IMG/VR virus record: IMGVR_UViG_3300017642_000062 | From: an uncultured virus (IMG/VR IMGVR_UViG_3300017642_000062) | Lineage: Duplodnaviria; Heunggongvirae; Uroviricota; Caudoviricetes | DNA length: 20,000 nucleotides | Reading direction: 5' to 3' (one strand) | Part shown: positions 16,048-20,000 of the stretch, piece after piece | Layout of the letters: every line of letters begins with the position of its first letter | Numbering within the stretch: the first letter of the stretch is position 1 | Position numbers and translations under genes: made by a program | The notes under the pieces: model-generated | Told to the model about the DNA's origin: nothing | The model's input: only the letters and a program-made list of their open reading frames with translations | Databases searched by the model: none

Positions 16048-17210
16048 CTTTACACAAGGTATATAAAAGCGTTCCGCTTGGCAGTATATGTGAAATAATA
16101 TCTGGTACAACTCCTTCATCAGCTGTTCCAGAATATTGGAACGGTGAAGTAAAATGGATAACACCTGCAGAACTGTCAGATGACACGTTTTATGTTAATG
16201 ACAGTGTTAGAAAGATAACATCACGGGCTGTCAAAGATTGCTCCCTTCGTCCTATTCCAGCAGGTACCGTTATTTTGTCTTCTCGTGCGCCGATAGGAAA
16301 AGTTGCAATTGCAGCAACAGAATTATACTGTAATCAGGGTTTTAAGAATCTCGTTTGCTCTGAAAAGATTGACAACCTATATCTTTATTGGTTTTTGAAG
16401 GCAAACACCGATCATCTTAATTCATTGGGAAGTGGGGCCACTTTCAAAGAAATATCAAAGAAAGTCATTGAAAAGGTCGAAATCCCTCTACCGCCTATTG
16501 AGATTCAGCAGTCGATAGCTACGAAATTGTCAAAGCAATTATCAGCCATTGATGTACTGGCAAAAAAGACAGAACGGCAATTACAAGACGCCATTAGCCT
16601 TGTTGCTCGTATCAATAAACAAACGATTATATTTAATGGTAAGAAGCAACCGCTTTCCAAGTATTGTTCTGAAGATAAACGGATTATTCAACCAGAATTT
16701 GAAGAAGCAAAAACTCTGAAATATCTTGGAATGGAGAATATCGACAAGGATACCTGGGAGTATATAGCAAGTACGGATATTCTTTTATCTGGCAACAGCA
16801 CAACATATTATTTTAATGAAAACCATGTGCTTTATGGAAAGTTGCGTCCATACTTAAAAAAAGTATTTTTGCCGAAAGAGGCGGGCAGGTGTTCAACCGA
16901 ATTAATACCGCTCCTACCAGCAGATACAATGGAACGCGAGTATTTAGCGCTATTATTAACCGATGATGACCTTGTTAGCTACATCATGAGTGAATCAACT
17001 GGGGCACGGATGCCACGTTCAGATATGAAGAAACTCCTTGCATATAAAGTGGCTGTACCGGATATTGATGAACAACGGGCACGCTTGAAGGCAAGAAATG
17101 AGCAAATGAAAAAATGTACAGAGTTAATTATAAAACTCTGTAAACAGCAGGAAAACATTACAGCCCTGCGTGAATGTGTATTTAAAGAAGCCTTTGGAAA
17201 CGAGGAATAA
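16044..17210 (+). CDS. hsdS: Type I R-M specificity subunit
   Basis: Two TRDs with conserved motifs (SGTTP..YWNG, NQGF, IPLPPIEIQ, YGKLRPYL, VPDIDEQ); ATGA overlap with hsdR. Confidence 0.93.
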   Translation: MTLHKVYKSVPLGSICEIISGTTPSSAVPEYWNGEVKWITPAELSDDTFYVNDSVRKITSRAVKDCSLRPIPAGTVILSSRAPIGKVAIAATELYCNQGFKNLVCSEKIDNLYLYWFLKANTDHLNSLGSGATFKEISKKVIEKVEIPLPPIEIQQSIATKLSKQLSAIDVLAKKTERQLQDAISLVARINKQTIIFNGKKQPLSKYCSEDKRIIQPEFEEAKTLKYLGMENIDKDTWEYIASTDILLSGNSTTYYFNENHVLYGKLRPYLKKVFLPKEAGRCSTELIPLLPADTMEREYLALLLTDDDLVSYIMSESTGARMPRSDMKKLLAYKVAVPDIDEQRARLKARNEQMKKCTELIIKLCKQQENITALRECVFKEAFGNEE

Positions 17211-17213
17211 GAG

Positions 17214-18710
17214 ATGGCAAAAAAATCAAAACAAACAAGCAGCCAGAGTGCATTGAACAGTGAAATTAAGAGCATTTGCGATATAATGCGCCGCAGTAAT
17301 TGTGCCGGGGCTATGCAGTATGTACCGGAACTGACATGGATATTGTTCTTGCGTATTTTAGACGAGCGTGAAGACATCGAAGCAGAAGAAGCGGAAGCAC
17401 TGGGGCAGCGGTTTGATTATAGTCTGGAATATCCCTACCGCTGGCGTGACTGGGCCAACAAAGAAGGAAAAAAACGAAATGAGCTTGTGCAAGGTGCTCT
17501 TGGTGAGTACTTTTCTTTCATTAATGATGACCTGATTCCACATTTAAAAAGTCTTGGTGATATCCCGGACTCCAGTGCCCGCCAAAAGGTTATTGCACAG
17601 ATCATGTCCGGCGTGGAGAGAACCCGTGTGGATACTGAGAAGAATTTCCTTGATATTCTCGATAAGGTTGACGATATCAAGCAAAGCAACATAGATGACA
17701 CACATATTTTCACACTCAGTCAGATTTATGAAGGCCTTCTGCTCAAGATGGGCGAAAAAGGCAATGACGGAGGTCAGTTCTTCACACCGCGTGAGGTTAT
17801 CCGTGCCATGATTCGCATGGCAAATCCGAAGGTAGGCGAAAAAGTATACGACCCTTGCTGTGGTACAAGCGGATTTCTCGCGCAGGCCTACACGCAGATG
17901 ATTGCAGGAGACAATACGGCGGAGGACATCGAAACACTGAAGAATTCAACGTTCTATGGTCGTGAAAAAGAAAATCTTATTTATCCGATTTCCCTTGCAA
18001 ATATGATCTTGCATGGAGTCGATCAGCCACATATATGGCACGGAAATACGCTGACTGGCAGTGAAATATATGGCGGTCTATTTGAAAATGCACCAAGCCA
18101 GTATGATGTTATTCTTACCAATCCTCCTTTTGGTGGCAAGGAAGGCAAGGAGGCACAGACCAACTTTGCATACAAGACAAGTTCAACATCCATTCTTTTT
18201 CTCCAGCACATCATCGACAGTCTGAAAAAAGGCGGTCGGTGCGTTATGGTTATAGATGAAGGTGTACTCTTCCGAACTAACGAGGATGCCTATGTCAAGA
18301 CCAAGCGCAAGCTGCTTGATGACTGCAATTTGCATACGATAATCAGTCTCCCAGCAGGGCTTTTCACTTCAGCGGGTGCCGGTGTGAAAACTAATATCCT
18401 GTTTTTTGAAAAGGGAGAATCAACCGAGAAAATTTGGTACTACGATTTGTCCTGGGTGAAGGTAGGTAAGCGAAATCCGTTTACCATTGACCGGTTTGAT
18501 GATTTCTTTGCCCTGTTTCCGACAAAGGCAGACAGCGAGAACAGCTGGACTGTTGACCGGTCAACAATTGAAGCTAATAACTTTGATATCAAGGCTGTCA
18601 ACCCAAACAAGAAGGTTAAGGTCGATACCCGCACCTCTGAGGAAATAATTGCAGAAATTGAAGCCCTTCATAAAGAAATAAGTCTTGAGATTGCGAAACT
18701 TAAGGGTTGA
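17214..18710 (+). CDS. hsdM: Type I R-M N6-adenine methyltransferase
   Basis: GQFFTPR, SAM-binding DPCCGTSGFL, catalytic NPPF. Confidence 0.95.
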   Translation: MAKKSKQTSSQSALNSEIKSICDIMRRSNCAGAMQYVPELTWILFLRILDEREDIEAEEAEALGQRFDYSLEYPYRWRDWANKEGKKRNELVQGALGEYFSFINDDLIPHLKSLGDIPDSSARQKVIAQIMSGVERTRVDTEKNFLDILDKVDDIKQSNIDDTHIFTLSQIYEGLLLKMGEKGNDGGQFFTPREVIRAMIRMANPKVGEKVYDPCCGTSGFLAQAYTQMIAGDNTAEDIETLKNSTFYGREKENLIYPISLANMILHGVDQPHIWHGNTLTGSEIYGGLFENAPSQYDVILTNPPFGGKEGKEAQTNFAYKTSSTSILFLQHIIDSLKKGGRCVMVIDEGVLFRTNEDAYVKTKRKLLDDCNLHTIISLPAGLFTSAGAGVKTNILFFEKGESTEKIWYYDLSWVKVGKRNPFTIDRFDDFFALFPTKADSENSWTVDRSTIEANNFDIKAVNPNKKVKVDTRTSEEIIAEIEALHKEISLEIAKLKG

Positions 18711-18763
18711 ATTTAGTTGGGCCTAGTTATTACCTACTCTCTAAATCGACGGAGGTATCCGCA

Positions 18764-19471
18764 GTGATAAACTATAATATTTATTGTGACGAAAGTTGTC
18801 ATCTGGAACATGACGGTATCAACGTAATGGTACTTGGTGCTGTCTGGTGTCCACACGATGCTGCGAGAGAGATAAATGAGCGTATTCGCAACATTAAGGT
18901 ACGAAACGGCATTTCTCCAACAGCTGAAATGAAGTGGACAAAAATAAGCCCTGCCAAGATACAGCTATACGCTGATCTAATAAACTATTTCTTTGACGAA
19001 GGGTTATTACATTTTCGTGCAGTTGTAATCCCCAACAAAAACATGTTAGACCATGTGCGCTTTAATCAAACACATGATGACTGGTATTATAAAATGTATT
19101 TTGAGATGTTAAAACAAATTTTAACACCGGAAGACAGATACAATATTTATATTGATATAAAAGATACGAATTCGAATAGAAAAGCCCAAAAGTTACGGGA
19201 AGTGTGCAGTAATTCTATGTATGACTTCAGTAAAACCGTCATTCGTAAGTTACAGCCGATACGCTCCGAAGAAGTGCAGCTTATGCAAATTGTTGATATC
19301 CTTATTGGCGCGTTGGGCTATGCCAATCGACAATTCTCAGATGAGCACATAAAAAGCACGGCTAAACTTGCCATAATAGACCTGATAAAAAAGCGATCAG
19401 AATACTCCCTGCGTAAAACCACACTTCTGCGGGAAGAAAAATTCAATATCCTTATTTGGGATGCGAGGTAG
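18764..19471 (+). CDS. DUF3800 family protein (possibly phage P1 RlfA-like)
   Basis: N-terminal IYCDES and C-terminal Q..D motif (LMQIVDILIGA); GGAGGT RBS before GTG 18764. Confidence 0.8.
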   Translation: MINYNIYCDESCHLEHDGINVMVLGAVWCPHDAAREINERIRNIKVRNGISPTAEMKWTKISPAKIQLYADLINYFFDEGLLHFRAVVIPNKNMLDHVRFNQTHDDWYYKMYFEMLKQILTPEDRYNIYIDIKDTNSNRKAQKLREVCSNSMYDFSKTVIRKLQPIRSEEVQLMQIVDILIGALGYANRQFSDEHIKSTAKLAIIDLIKKRSEYSLRKTTLLREEKFNILIWDAR

Positions 19472-19475
19472 GACA

Positions 19476-20000
19476 ATGCAAAACAATTGTTGGCTTCCCT
19501 GCCTTGAGCAGTTCAATGACTACGCCGGTGATTGGGGCAAATACGAAGCTGTACTTTACGAAATATTCAAAAGAGATTTTATTGATACTAAACCAAACTT
19601 TGAGGACAAGCAGGTGAATATCCGTAGGCAACCTATGGTCAACGATAAAGAAGAAGCGTTTATTCATATCACTCATCAGGATTATAATAAGGACGGTGAA
19701 CGCCTGCCAGATATGCGACGCTGCGAGAGAATACGATGGGTGCGAAGCTTTATCGAAAAATATAATTGCGACTCGTCACAATGTTCAAATTGCGACGGTG
19801 TGAAAGTCTGGGAAGAAGATAAGCAGCCTAAATGGGGTGGAAACCGTATTCATTTGCTCTTGGAGGAGGAACGGTTTATGGTCGTTATTGAACGTAAAAA
19901 TACATATTTTCAGTTAGTGACAGCATTTTACTTCGAGCAAGACCATTCGTTGCGAAAAAAAATACGGCATTATAAAAACTGTGCAACAAAAATAAGATGA
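19476..20000 (+). CDS. Hypothetical partner of the DUF3800 gene (possibly phage P1 RlfB-like)
   Basis: Closely coupled downstream; motifs EEAFIHIT, ERLPDMRRCERIRW and LVTAF; stop at 19998-20000. Confidence 0.7.
   Translation: MQNNCWLPCLEQFNDYAGDWGKYEAVLYEIFKRDFIDTKPNFEDKQVNIRRQPMVNDKEEAFIHITHQDYNKDGERLPDMRRCERIRWVRSFIEKYNCDSSQCSNCDGVKVWEEDKQPKWGGNRIHLLLEEERFMVVIERKNTYFQLVTAFYFEQDHSLRKKIRHYKNCATKIR

Larger units (their letters stand above)
5525..20000. mobile_element. Phage-satellite/PICI-like integrative element with R-M cargo (right end not seen)
   Basis: int and repressor leftward; small gene, xis, primase-helicase, ori and capsid homolog rightward; no terminase, portal, tail or lysis genes in the window. 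Confidence 0.7.

Overview
The whole window is mobile DNA, probably from a Bacillota (Clostridia-like) genome, and appears to hold three nested or tandem elements. (1) Bases 1-~4069 are the end of a prophage: early genes, a cro/cI switch with five operator-like 16-mers, a lipoprotein and a large serine integrase. The integrase runs into a tRNA-3'-end-like att remnant (TGAGCCACCA). (2) Bases ~4070-5524 are the end of a second element whose large serine recombinase gene is cut off inside its catalytic domain. (3) From ~5525 past the window end lies a phage-satellite (PICI-like) island abutting that break. It carries a tyrosine integrase with an inserted HTH-like segment, a divergent repressor/xis switch, a primase-polymerase/SF3 helicase and a symmetric 12-copy iteron origin. 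It also has a lone HK97-type capsid homolog lacking the N-terminal scaffold domain, a phage packaging-site-like motif, and a cargo operon (HTH regulator, type I R-M hsdR-hsdS-hsdM, DUF3800 protein plus partner). Best leads are the satellite with its scaffold-less capsid, its apparent insertion into a serine recombinase gene, an unannotated antisense peptide resembling the prophage repressor's C-terminus, and the DUF3800 gene pair as a candidate defence module. Family assignments come from motif recognition only; no searches were run.
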